Shown in pieces: positions 24,895 through 36,370 of a stretch of 64,000 nt of DNA. Source of the stretch: Epiperipatus broadwayi (lineage: Eukaryota > Animalia > Onychophora). Below the pieces are notes generated by a model. That model was given only the letters and a program-made list of their open reading frames with translations, searched no databases and was not told the origin of the DNA. The translations under genes were made by a program, and so were the position numbers. The stretch lies in contig JAQFVV010000002.1 in assembly GCA_028023455.1 (NCBI GenBank), positions 28,954,001 to 29,018,000 on the forward strand, written 5' to 3'. Every line of letters starts with the position of its first letter. Position 1 is the first letter of the stretch.

Positions 24895-25300
24895 AAGTTA
24901 GTAATATTTACTAAGGCTGTAACCTATAGAATGCCCGTGTAAAAATGCGATAGTAGGGACCTCTACAGGTCTTAACCACAAGCTTATGTTTTGGAAGAAA
25001 AGAGGGGAACCCTTCTTTACTTCAACCTACTCTCTATATAAATAGGTGAAGCTGAAGCGGTTAAGTCTTAGATCGTGAAACTATTCAATACTTCACTGAT
25101 TAAGTCCACATTTCTTATTACACATTAATACTCATGAAATCTTTCGATTTACAGTCAATGGAAAGGTTTTATAGTTAGAAGTCTATTATGATAAGTTAAA
25201 GTTTTAATTATGAATTTATTTAAACACACATTGATTATGTAAGTAATATTTACTAAGGCTGTAACCTCATAAATGTGCGTGTAAAAATGTGATAGTAGGG
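24895..25300 (+). mobile_element. Family 3 repeat in partial tandem (~345 bp period)
   Basis: GTAATATTTACTAAGGCTGTAACCT..GTGTAAAAATG.GATAGTAGGG at ~24900 and ~25243; related to arms of 38302-38490. Confidence 0.7.
25046..25096 (+). ncRNA. Degenerate type I hammerhead motif, family 3
   Basis: GUGAAG CUGAAG CGGUUAA GUC UUAGAUCG U GAAAC UAUUCA AUA^CUUCAC: 6-bp helix I, strong helix II; A9 missing and C15.2 mispaired. Confidence 0.55.
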
Positions 25301-25619
25301 GCTATTCTAATAATCCAATTTATAAATTGAAGTCTTAAACAATAAAAAAATTAACTCATTAATCGCTTTATCATTAAATTTTTTTTATTAAAATCTAATT
25401 CGTAGATATTATTATTGAATATAATCCTTATCCTAAAATCAGGATAATCATCCATTTCAGTGTAATCAGAAGTCAATTGATGTCTTTGAATATAAATTTT
25501 ACTTTCAAAATTGTTAAGACTTTTCTTCGTATAACAAAAATTTAATAAAGCAATTTTTTATGAGAAAACAGTTGGAAACTATCAGGCATTATCATATTTC
25601 TTAATTTTTTATCTTTAAG

Positions 25620-26735
25620 AAAAAGCAGTGATGTGAGACAATGTGATGTGTTATGGCTTCTCCTTTATTGAAGTCAGGTATATCTCAGTTACTATGCCCA
25701 AAGAAACCTGTTAGCCACTTTCCCTTCACTTTCCATTCCCCACTCCAAGTTTTTCACATATTTTCCAGCATGCCAATCCACCCCATTTCCACATCATCAT
25801 CTTTGTCCACTCTATGGCCTTTATACCTAGATCCCCTTATCTTTTTCCAAACCCAGCATAAAAATCAAAAACCCACTTTCTGTATTATCACTTTGTTTAC
25901 ATTTACTCTCATACACTTCATTATTTGTACTCTTTCTGCTTGTCACCACTTATCTTCAAATAGCAGATGCCTAATGTTTTTCATGCATTCCTTACATAAC
26001 TTTCAGATGAATTCACTCACATTTCTTCATTTGTAGGTGTATTCCCTTATTGCTAACGATTTTGTTCAAGTCTTAAAGAGTAAACTACTTTTCTGGCTAT
26101 TACAACATTTTGTTTATTTCTATATATATTTAATGTTTTTTTATTCACATAATCGTTCACCATCTCTCCAACTCCATATTTTTTATGCACTCTTGGCCAC
26201 TACAACATTTACCAATCTTTCTAACACAATCATCTCACCTTTTTTACAAGTATACTCATTTAAAGTCTTTATCCAAATCTTCTCCATATCCCACTATCTT
26301 ACTCACCCTTCTTGTTGCCTGTGTTTTACTTGTAATCCAATTAAATACGATTTTGCATATTCTCTTACTAACAATAAATTGCAATCTCCTGAAGATTTTC
26401 ATTGTGCTTTTTGCATCTCTCATATAAAAACTTGACCATCCAATTTCTCCCTGAATTTCCTCCTTTTCCATTTACACATCTGCATCTAATGCATGTCATC
26501 CTACTTCTCTATGTACCCCTTCTAAGCAAACTAAAACCCATTTATTAAAACATAATGCAACATAACCATAAGTTAACCCAGCTACTGACACTCCTTTCTA
26601 TACAAATCTAGTTACATCATATATAATATATGAAAACAATGTTAATATTGTTATCAATCCCTTTTTCTCTTTCATCAAAGCAGTTTCTCTGATTATTTTC
26701 TATGCAGAAGAAGATGTCATCAGCAAATGAAAGAC
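25620..26735 (-). mobile_element. 3-prime fragment of the 44.5-50.8 kb LINE family
   Basis: IQGEIGWSSFYMRDAKSTMKIFRRLQ; FADDI at 26714-26728; paralogous to 38760-40260 and 61430-62990. Confidence 0.8.
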
Positions 26736-27049
26736 CTGATCATGTAATAATTTTTTCCAGAATTATCATGTAATATAACTGTTGTGGCACTCTGAAAAAT
26801 ATTATGGCAATAATCCAAATTTTTTGCATACCACATTACCTTTCTCACCCATCTTGTCACCTGCTTTTTGCTCATAACCCAATTAAATACTATTTTGGCT
26901 ATTCTTTTATTATCCATAAACTGCAATCTACCAAACATTTTCATTTTACTTTTTATACAGTAGTGCCATCCAATGGAAGCCTTAGGAATCAATGGATGCA
27001 AGAAACTACGCATAAAATCCACATCTAGTGGATTTAAATCACAAGATTA

Positions 27050-27500
27050 GGTCACAAGATTATTACTTGTAATACAATTTATAAACTTGTTGAGGAAATG
27101 GAGTTACCTTATCATTCATCCTCATAGTAATAATTTTTTCCAGAATTATCATGTAATATAACTGCTGTGGCATTCTGATAAATAAAATACCTAATATGGC
27201 AATAATCCAAAACTATAATTGTCATAGAAATTCTTATTGAACCAAATAAATTTTCAGAATTGATAAATCCTAAATATAATGTTAACACAAGTGTTTTGTT
27301 TCTGATTGTAGCTTCTTTCAATTTATGGATGTAAATTATTTTGGCAAAACCAGTTTTAAATCCTGCTTGTTCATTCAATTCCTTAGAGTCTAAAACTTGC
27401 TGTAAAACCTTGTAATAATCTTGGTAAAGATTTTGCATACAACTCAAAGAAGACAGGGAGGTCTTTAATTTTTAATATCTAGATCAACTTTCCTAAATAT
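27050..27500 (-). mobile_element. RTE-clade LINE RT fragment
   Basis: YYKVLQQVLDSKELNEQAGFKTGF..LYLGFINSENLFGSI..IYQNATAVILHD; paralog 43050-43540. Confidence 0.8.
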
Positions 27501-27984
27501 TAATATTACTACTGCAATCTTCCAATCCTGTGATATAACTTTATCATTTAGTATATATAATTTTATTTTTTCACTTAACATATATATTATATGTTTATAA
27601 GTTCTTTCAGTTGTTTCTTATTTCAAAGATTTTATTGCAAGTCCCACATCTTCATTTATAATATTTGGCATTTCCAACGACATAGGCGTTGTATGACATA
27701 CTTTTTTTTTCACAATATAATTCTTCATAAAACTATTGAACATATTTCAAGATATTATTCTTTTTATTTAGTAATAGTTTCATCATTTCATTTTATGTAA
27801 CTGAACCTTTCAATATGAAGATGTTGTTTTACACTTTGACACATAACCTATACATTGTGAATCAATTGTTTAGAGAACTTAAAGAAATGGAAATAAGCCT
27901 TTTATTGAGTAGTCTATTTTTTATCTGCCTATTTGTTCTACACAAGAACAGGCTAATAGAAAAAAAAAAGTACTATTTGAATTC

Positions 27985-28420
27985 AATCAACTACAAGCAT
28001 ACTATACTCCCATACAGTAGTGCCACCAAATGTAAATTTTGGATGCAGGAATGTTTGTGCATAAAATCCCTATCTAGTGCCTACTCATCCAAAATCCCCA
28101 ATCTAGTTTTTAACTTGTGGCTGTCATTACTGATAAGCCTTGGATTTAAGAGCACTGCACCTAGATCTTAGGATCTAATGCAATCCTCCAGCAGTCACCT
28201 TTTATTTATTTGCTTAACTATAAAGCTAGGTTCCCAAGATGAAAACATCATAATGTTTCCAACCCAAGCTCACTCTAGCCTCAAGCTAGAAACTAGTCTG
28301 GGAATTTTGCCTGAGTAGTTACTAGATAGGTATTCTTTGCACAAATGCTCCTGACCCATTGATTACAAAGGCTGCACCCAGTGGCATTGAGAGTTGGTAC
28401 TCTTATTAACAGCATGTGTA
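27985..28420. mobile_element. Family 1 fold-back element (paralog of 44040-44505)
   Basis: Antisense arm 28005-28260; sense arm begins CAAGCTAGAAACTAGTCTGGG. Confidence 0.8.
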
Positions 28421-28554
28421 CGCATATGGAATGATGATTGTGTGAGGTTTTGATAGTTTCAATCAACTATATTGATTCTGTTGTACCTAAAATGCTATTG
28501 CACCTGATGTGAATTTGAACAAACATGATAAAACCTGGCATAGCAAGTAATTTC

Positions 28555-28760
28555 TCCTCATCATTATTTTCAACTATTTTCAACCTTTCCTCAATTTAAT
28601 CAAGTTTCTAAGAATCCTAACCTCTCCTTTTGTAATATAGCAGTAATCTTCCTTATTTCAACCATCGATCTACGATATCTGTGATACCTCTTTGTTCTCT
28701 CACTATTGTAATTTTATTTCAATTTCTGTTGTTACTCATATCATGCATCATTCCATAGTT
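28555..28760 (-). mobile_element. RTE-clade 3-prime end (paralogs 50990-51300, 55330-55690)
   Basis: Similar to the 3-prime end of 17950-18110; GATGATGA tail. Confidence 0.55.
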
Positions 28761-28899
28761 TGTTGACTTTTCGGAAGCAAAAAGTTTGAAAGAAGTATTT
28801 TACACAGAAGCCTTTGAATTCATTCAATTATTCTGTTATCAGAGTAGTTGTTTTCAACTTAAAATCAATGAGTTATATAAGGAATATTTACTAATTTAA

Positions 28900-29840
28900 A
28901 TGCAGAAAGCTACATAAGGATGTTTAATGACTTGAAACAAAGCTATGTAACAATATTTACTTATAAAATCACCCGAAATAAAGACATCCGAAAATACACT
29001 AATGCATAACACTCGGACAATCACTACTGATTTCTAAGCATTACATATTTATAGCCAATGTTTTTAGCATAAAAAAAGTCTTTGTAAAAATCGTTTATAC
29101 GGTGGGATTGTTAGATAAAAATAAGGGTTTGAGGGATTTAATAACATTAAGAATTTGAAGGAATTTGCAAAATTTCTCCATACTTTTGAGACAAATCAGT
29201 TAATTACATATTTTGGTAGTGTCAATTAAAATGTTCTTTGTACTTCCTTTTAAACAATTGGCAAAAGTATAGATAAATTCTTTAAATGTTTCTGCATTCC
29301 CAGCTGACAGGAAATAGTGCTGCCATCTCTCGGCAATTTTAGAAGGACGAATATAGAATATACGCTTGAGTAAAATCAATCTGTAAATCGTTATGAAACA
29401 GAAATTATAAAACTTTTTTTTGGATTATTAGAGAGACTACTCTCTGACTTCTATAAAAAGAGAAAAAAACATGATCAAGAACTTCTTGTGTCCAAAATTT
29501 TACTTAGAGCTATAGAGTCGCTTTTGAAGTTATTAACAGTAACCTTAGTGAGATCTACTAATTTATTTACTTTCCTTATAAGCGGTTTTAATGATCCTAT
29601 GCCTTTGGAAAAATAATTTAATTATACGAATTCTGAATTTACTTTGAACTTTTTTTCCAGTCAAAAAAACTTCGTTCCTGTTTTATTATTATTTTGAAAA
29701 TCTATATATTTAAAACAATTGAAAAACTAAAAAAAAATTAACTTTTTCATTTTTGTAGTTTTTACATTTTTATAAAGTTTTTATCAGAAGTCGAGAGTTA
29801 AATTAGATTTAAAGTGAAAATTAGAATTATACAAACGTAA
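28900..29840. repeat. Block X copy B (truncated before the core)
   Basis: Colinear with 10980-11850 and 51450-52240. Confidence 0.8.
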
Positions 29841-30234
29841 ATTCACTTAGATTTCACCATCATCATCATTTTCCACCATGATCAAACTGTTGTAACATGA
29901 AGGTCCCCCCAATTTAAAACTTGTCTGATATTTTGAATCGCTTTTCCACATCACACCAGAAAACTTCTTTATTTCATTCACAATTTTCAGATATGGTCTC
30001 TTTCTAAATCTTTTACAATCACTTATATCCAAATTAAAACTTTCTATTATCACCACTTCTAACAATATGCCCAGCACATCTCCATTTCCATATCTTTCTT
30101 TTTTCATTGATGATAGTGAAACCTATTTGCTCTCTCACTTATGTTATTAGTTTTCAATTTCGTTTTTTTATTCTTAATATGTTTTATATAAATAGTAGTA
30201 AATCTCTTCATATCATAGTGCCATCTAATCCAAG

Positions 30235-30780
30235 CTATGGTAATCAATAGACCTCAGAAGGTTTGTGCATTTAATCCTAATGTATTCCATTCTCATCTAA
30301 TATCCACAGACTAGTTTCTAGATGATTGATATCATCATTGAAAAGTCTTGGATAAATAGTGCAGCTACACTTATGGACAGATGCCACTATCATATGAAGA
30401 GTTGCTACTACATTAATAGCTTGGGAAAAGAAGAGAATGGTGAGAGTGTGATGTTTTAATGATGTAATACCAATCCTACCCAAATGATATTGGTGATTGA
30501 TTATAAAAAACTAAAGATGTCAAAATATATGGAAACTTAACTGGGTTCAAATTTGTCTGACCATAAAGGTAAATAACTTGGATTGAAATCATAATTGTGT
30601 TTTTCCTTTGGCTTCATTGCTTTATTGACTAAATAGGTAAATAGTAGTTTATGGAGGATATATTAGATCCAGAAGTTTGGTGCATTGTTTTCAGATCAAT
30701 AGTCACTAGATAGGGATTTTATGCAGACATTTTCTCCCATCCAGTAATTACTACGGTTTGTATGAAGAGTTTTGCCTCAA
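30235..30780. mobile_element. Two degenerate family 1 fragments (30235-30330 antisense, 30660-30780 sense)
   Basis: GTAATCAAT..CAGAAGGTTTGTGCAT..CAGACTAGTTTC and CACTAGATAGGGATTTTATGC..GAGTTTTGCC. Confidence 0.55.
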
Positions 30781-30810
30781 ATTAAATGTAAAACATTTCT
30801 TACTTCTCTA

Positions 30811-31022
30811 AAAGCAATTTATTCCCTCTACTTTGAACACTTTTTAGCAAAAACCGTTTATTGTACATATATGCTTACACAATATTACATTTCAACTGTC
30901 CTGTAGTCTTCTTCAGAGGCATTAAGTGGTTCTGAAGTAAGATAGTTGAAATGTAAGATTCTGTATGCATTAAAATGTTTTTGCTAAAAAGTGTTCAAAG
31001 TAGAAGAAATAAATTGCATTTA
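30811..31022. mobile_element. MITE-like fold-back, ~210 bp
   Basis: GCAATTTATT..CTACTTTGAACACTTTTTAGCAAAAAC vs GTTTTTGCTAAAAAGTGTTCAAAGTAG..AATAAATTGC; inner TTACATTTCAACT/AGTTGAAATGTAA. Confidence 0.75.
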
Positions 31023-32957
31023 TATAAGATATTACAGCAAAATAAACTAAGCACAGAATTTGATAAGATCTACCACTTCTATCAAAAATAATAATCTAAT
31101 TCCCATTTTGACTGAAAGCTTCTATGTTTTTGGAATGTTCCACACTTTAACATTTCATTACTTATAAAATAAAAATGATATATATTTAACCACACACATT
31201 TAGATTAGATTCCATACAGTTTAATTGTTAATAGAACTATATTGCCCATTTTATTTAGAATTGTCTTTTTAGACTTCTATGTCTCTATATAGTATCAAAT
31301 ATAAAAACAGAGTAAATGTTAAAAAAATGAAAACACAAATCTATTGAAGATAATCTTTGGTAATTCTAATAAGTGATCGAGTTTCTAAGTATAGTTTTGT
31401 CAGTAGAATATAAAAAAACACAATCACAAAACTGGGAAAGCTATAACAATGACATAATCACATAATTGGTTTTTTAATACAAACTACAAATATACCAATG
31501 AACAAAAAACAGCCAACTTTAGAATATGCTTCTGAAATTTACAATATTTTAAATATATATATATATATTTTATAAAATCAATTTTTGGTTTCAGGCTCAA
31601 AACTGCAGACCTCATTCTCGGATCTTATGAATCACATTTGACATTACAGAGTGGAAATAACATATTCAGAAATTACATTGTACAAGACAAATCTGCCAAG
31701 ATGCCATATCTTTGACAGCAGCCAACTTGTTTAAGTAAAATGTTTTGTGTATACACAATTTAAAGAAGCAAGAATCTTCTCACAATGCATTGCACAGAAG
31801 AGACAAAGGTATCAAAACTGTTCATCCATAGTTTTTTCTAGTCATGTGGATTTTCAGCATCATGAAATCCAAAAATAATAGTTGCTTTCTGATGAGGATT
31901 TATGAAATCCAATCACTAAGATCTTTTTCTAATGGAATATTTGTCAGTTATGGACTCCTTCATAGATGTAATGCAAAAATATCGAGTCTTTTACAGAAAA
32001 CCTGGTTTTTTAAAAATCAAACTTAGTAAATGCTTTGCTGAATCTGATGTTTGGTTAAGACAAAATTGAATTGCAATCATGGGTTCCTTTGTCAGTCAAG
32101 GAAGCAATAAAATTAATAAACTCATTTTCCAAAGCAATAAGTTATGTATTATTTAATAATAACAATGAATTTAGTTGAACAGATAAACATATACACATCT
32201 CAAAAGTAAATTTCTCCAAGAAACGTAGATTTCATCCTAAAACATTAATATAAATTAAAACTATTTTAGACAAAGTCTGCAGACATACATATTTATGAAA
32301 ATATAAATCCAAATTAAAATGACATAAGCTCATGACTCTAAATATACTTGAATGTTCCTTATTAATAGTTCAGTTCTCTCCACTTGTAGCCTGAAAAATA
32401 TCTTTCTTTTTATTTATCATATTACATTGCTAAAAAAGACACCATTGTTTTTTTTTACTTAATCTTATATTTTTTAACACGTTTTATACTTTAATTAAGG
32501 TTGAATAATATATGAATAAATTCATTTTTTCTCATCTTTTTCTTTTAATTCCTATAACGCATAATAGATTTGTAGATTATATATATAACAACAAAACTAA
32601 TAAATATAACAGTAATTAACTAATGTATACTGTCTTTCAATCCACAGAATTTTGGGTTAATTCCTTAGTCCTCCACAACTGCCATGAAATTTAAAAAACG
32701 TAATGAAAGTAAACATTATCAAATTCCATGAATACCTAACTTTAATGTTCGTAGCTTGTCTATGAATTATACTCATTTTATTTCTATTTATTAAAATTGC
32801 TTCCTTAATTTTTTTTGCTATGGTTCCTCTCAGCATGAAGAATCTTAATAAACAGAGCAAAACTCTCCATACAGTAGTGCCACCTGTGCTAAACAATAAT
32901 CAATGGATGCCAGAAGGCTTGTGCATAAAATCCTATCCAATGCCTACTCATCCAATA

Positions 32958-32999
32958 TCCCCAGACTAGTTTCTGGCTTGTGGCCTTCATCAGTGAGGA
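32958..32999 (-). ncRNA. Type I hammerhead ribozyme, family 1 consensus copy
   Basis: UCCUCA CUGAUGA AGGC CACAA GCCA GAA ACUAGU C^UGGGGA; predicted cut between 32964 and 32963. Confidence 0.85.
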
Positions 33000-33386
33000 G
33001 CTTTGGATCTGAGAACACTGTATCTAGATCTTAGGATCTAATGCAACCCTCTAGCAACCACCTTTTATCTCTACTTAACTACAAAACTATGAGAATGAAA
33101 TTGAAAACACAAAAAAATATTTTCAATCTAAGCTCAATAGCTTATATAGTCATATGGGTCTGAACTCAGTTTAGCACCCATACATTTTGGTGTCTTTGGC
33201 TCTTTTACAACTATAGCCACCACTAACCTATTAGGCAGGATTGGTGTTAAACCATTAAGCACTAGCACATTAATTGTTGATAAACAGAGCAAAACTCTCC
33301 ATACAGTATTGCCACCTGTGCTAAACAGAGTAATCAATGGATGCCAGAAGGCTTGTGCATAAAATCCCTATCCAATGCCTACTCAT

Positions 33387-33437
33387 CCAATATCCCAGAC
33401 TAGTTTCTGGCTTGTGGCCTTCGTCAGTGGATATTGG
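33387..33437 (-). ncRNA. Type I hammerhead, family 1, helix I extended by palindrome arms
   Basis: CCAAUAUCCA CUGACGA AGGCCACAAGCCA GAAACUAGUC^UGGGAUAUUGG. Confidence 0.85.
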
Positions 33438-33921
33438 ATGAGTAGGCATTGGATAGGGATTTTATGCACAAGCCTTCTGGCACCCATTGTTATCCATTCC
33501 ACCAAGAACCATCGGATTTGTGTCTAAATATTTGGCACACTCTTCACGACAAAAATTTGCCCAGTCAATGACTATTTTCTTGCTTATGCCGGGGTTTCAA
33601 ATAATTTAAACTATTTATTTTAATTAATCTCGTGTAATTATTTCAATTTCTTTAAAATGGTAAATATTTTTTTTATTATCTTTTACATTTTAATAAATTT
33701 TAATGTAATTGTAATATAGTAGCATGTACATAAGATTTTCATATAATAATTTACTTCTAATTTTGAAAACTAGAGGGCGAACATGAGTTTTATGTTGTGG
33801 TCGCTAAAGTAAAACTTTACCAAAATTAGAATTATGTAGACATTCTCCAGGGCTAACTTTAGCCAGGAAAAGGGAATGCTACATTTCATCTGGCTTAACA
33901 AATAAAGGACCAATCCATATT

Positions 33922-36370
33922 GAAACGGTTGTCTTCAAGTCCCTCACCGTTTCACCAACCATCCTAATAACCCACTCATCTGTGCTAAGTTCAAACCTGT
34001 TTAATAATCTAAATTAAGATATGTACTAAAAATTCAATCACCTAATAAACACATTATATACCACATACAAAGAATCTATAAGTGAATAGTATTGCCAGAG
34101 TATACGATAATTTTATCTAATATTTTTAAACAGTAATAATGTATCAATTTATTAATTTATTACTTAAATTATGTGGAATATAATCCACCTATTTGAATAT
34201 ACAGATATACATAGTCGTAAAATATTTATTAAATTTTAAGTTTCATTTTTATTATAAACCAATTTAATTAAAACACATTGAAAGGGTGATTGATTCAAAT
34301 CTACAAGTTTCTTTTTAAAAAGAAAAAAATTTTTTTCTAAAATAAAAGTATTTTAGAATTAAAAGTTTATAAATTTTTTGTAAACAATTTATCAGTATAT
34401 CCACACCTCCTTAGTTTCTAAAAGAAAGCCAATTTTAAAATAATCTACTAATTGATTCTAAATTATTTTGGAGACCTCCTAATTAAAAATATGTTTACAG
34501 CAGATTTTACACATAAATTATAAAATCAGAACAAAATTCCTGACTAATTAAAAATAAAATCTAATATCAGATTAAACTGATTAAAATTCATTTAATTAAA
34601 AGTATAATCAGAGAAAGTATACACCTAAAAGGAATTCAATTTAACAACCACTAATTTCATAACAAATTAAAATTTTTAATCTTATAATGAATTCAAATAA
34701 TTTAAAATAAAGAACCATCTTAGATTTTTTTTTTGAAACCTGACACTTTAAACTTTAATAATATTGAAGTTTCTTAATCTTTGAATTATCTGAACCAAAA
34801 CAACCTAAATTTTGACACCAATTAAACAATAATTTTTATATCTAGAATTAAAAACACACCTTAACTCCAAGGAGCTTACTCATACAAAACCACCACACCA
34901 TATCCCCATAACCTTCCTACCTGGAAGAAGATATCAACCCCCAAAGACCCAACTCCACTCAATACTACAAGATGATACCCACCATTTTTCATCAATATAT
35001 TTTTTTTGACTATATTATTTTATTTAAAATCTTAATTCAAGTAATTTAATGTAAATTTTATTCTTAATTTAATTATATAATTCTGACCTACTTTCTAATT
35101 TTCCTAACTAAATGATTTTATAATTTTATTTTCAATTTTCTCCTCATTGATATTTTCTTTATCTCTTTTTTATTTTAAATATAAATTATTTGCCCAAACA
35201 GCCATTCAATATTAATAATAAAGAGAAGAGAGAAGAACCCTCTTCATTTAATAATTATTTATTACTTAATCCTGTTTCAAACCCTCTTAAATAACTGTTA
35301 AGAATTCTATGTCTGATTATCATTTTGACCTTGATTTTTATTATTTGTTGCATTTTAAAATGAAATCTTGTTTTAACCCAAAGAAATTTCATTTATTTTC
35401 CTACTTCCACCTTGAAAAGTATATTTGTTATCTTTTCTTTTGTAAACCTCCAAATATCTTTTTTCCCTTTTTTTTTTTTTATTACTTCAAATGTATTTGA
35501 GATTGAAACTGAACAAAGAATATTTAAAAGACCCCATGCTTGATATTAAAACTATTTGAATTGCTAAGATTCCACTGATTAGCTATGCTCTGTGGCAAAT
35601 TTAATTTTTCAACTCTTTTGCTTGGCGGATGTGATAATTTTATTTACTTTAAACTTTCTGTTTGTTGCTTTTTCTTTAAGATGGATGACTCCCTCTTACA
35701 CTTTGGCCCCGGCAATTCCAGGCATGTTGCTCCCCAACCCTCTTTCCAGCATAGGCGTTCCAAACCTAATTTTTCCCCCCTTTGTTTTTCCCCTTCCTTT
35801 GTTACTCTTCCTCCCTTGTAGTTTCCCTTGTCTGACATTTCAAGCTGTTTTCTCATGTCAATAGTTTGAAATAATAATATTATGTAAATTTGCTTTAAAT
35901 GTTTCACATATTGGAAACACTTGTCTGATTGCTTAGCTGAAACCAGAATAAGAGGGTAGCAATGCCCCATCTCAATGCAGTGCGATCAATAAGATAATCC
36001 AAAGATGAAAACAATATTTAACTTCATCAAATAAAATAACAAATGTAAAATAATTTTAATTGTAAGGAGAGAAGGTAAACTCTCCAAAATGTGATGCTAT
36101 TTTAATTGTAAATCAAGAATAATATGATAAAATCCAAATTTAATCTGCAAAAAAAACATACAATTTAATAAATTACTCTGATCTCGATCTTATTTTTTCA
36201 ATCCAATTCAAAATTCTCTTTTTTTGTGATTTCCGATGCATTAATTAGTTTTAAGTATTCGTTAATAAATTCCTTTTTTTGTTTGGCTCTCTCTGCCTTG
36301 TCGGGAAGGAAGTCAAGGCATTAGTTGGTTTGAATCTTCAGTTGGGTGACGCTTTTTTGTTGATTTTTTG
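33922..36370. other. 2.45-kb unclassified insertion splitting the block X core; left ~1.5 kb looks low quality
   Basis: ATCCATATT (ends 33921) and CTATCTTGAT (starts 36371) are contiguous in paralog 52274-52292. Confidence 0.6.

Larger units (their letters stand above)
32850..33490. mobile_element. Family 1 partial tandem (two hammerheads ~430 bp apart) ending in a fold-back
   Basis: Unit restarts at 33290; inversion at 33428. Confidence 0.9.

Noticed and set aside
24910-24930. GGUUACAGCC resembling twister ribozyme
   Set aside because: Other twister stems and pseudoknots not found.
30880-30930. Minus-strand CUGAAGA..GAAA motif inside the MITE
   Set aside because: No helix I complementarity.
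31889-31925. CTGATGA GGATTT ATG AAATCC hairpin
   Set aside because: GAAA core absent and helix I does not pair.
35640-35970. Gag-like zinc knuckle in GC-rich patch
   Set aside because: No complete CCHC in any frame.
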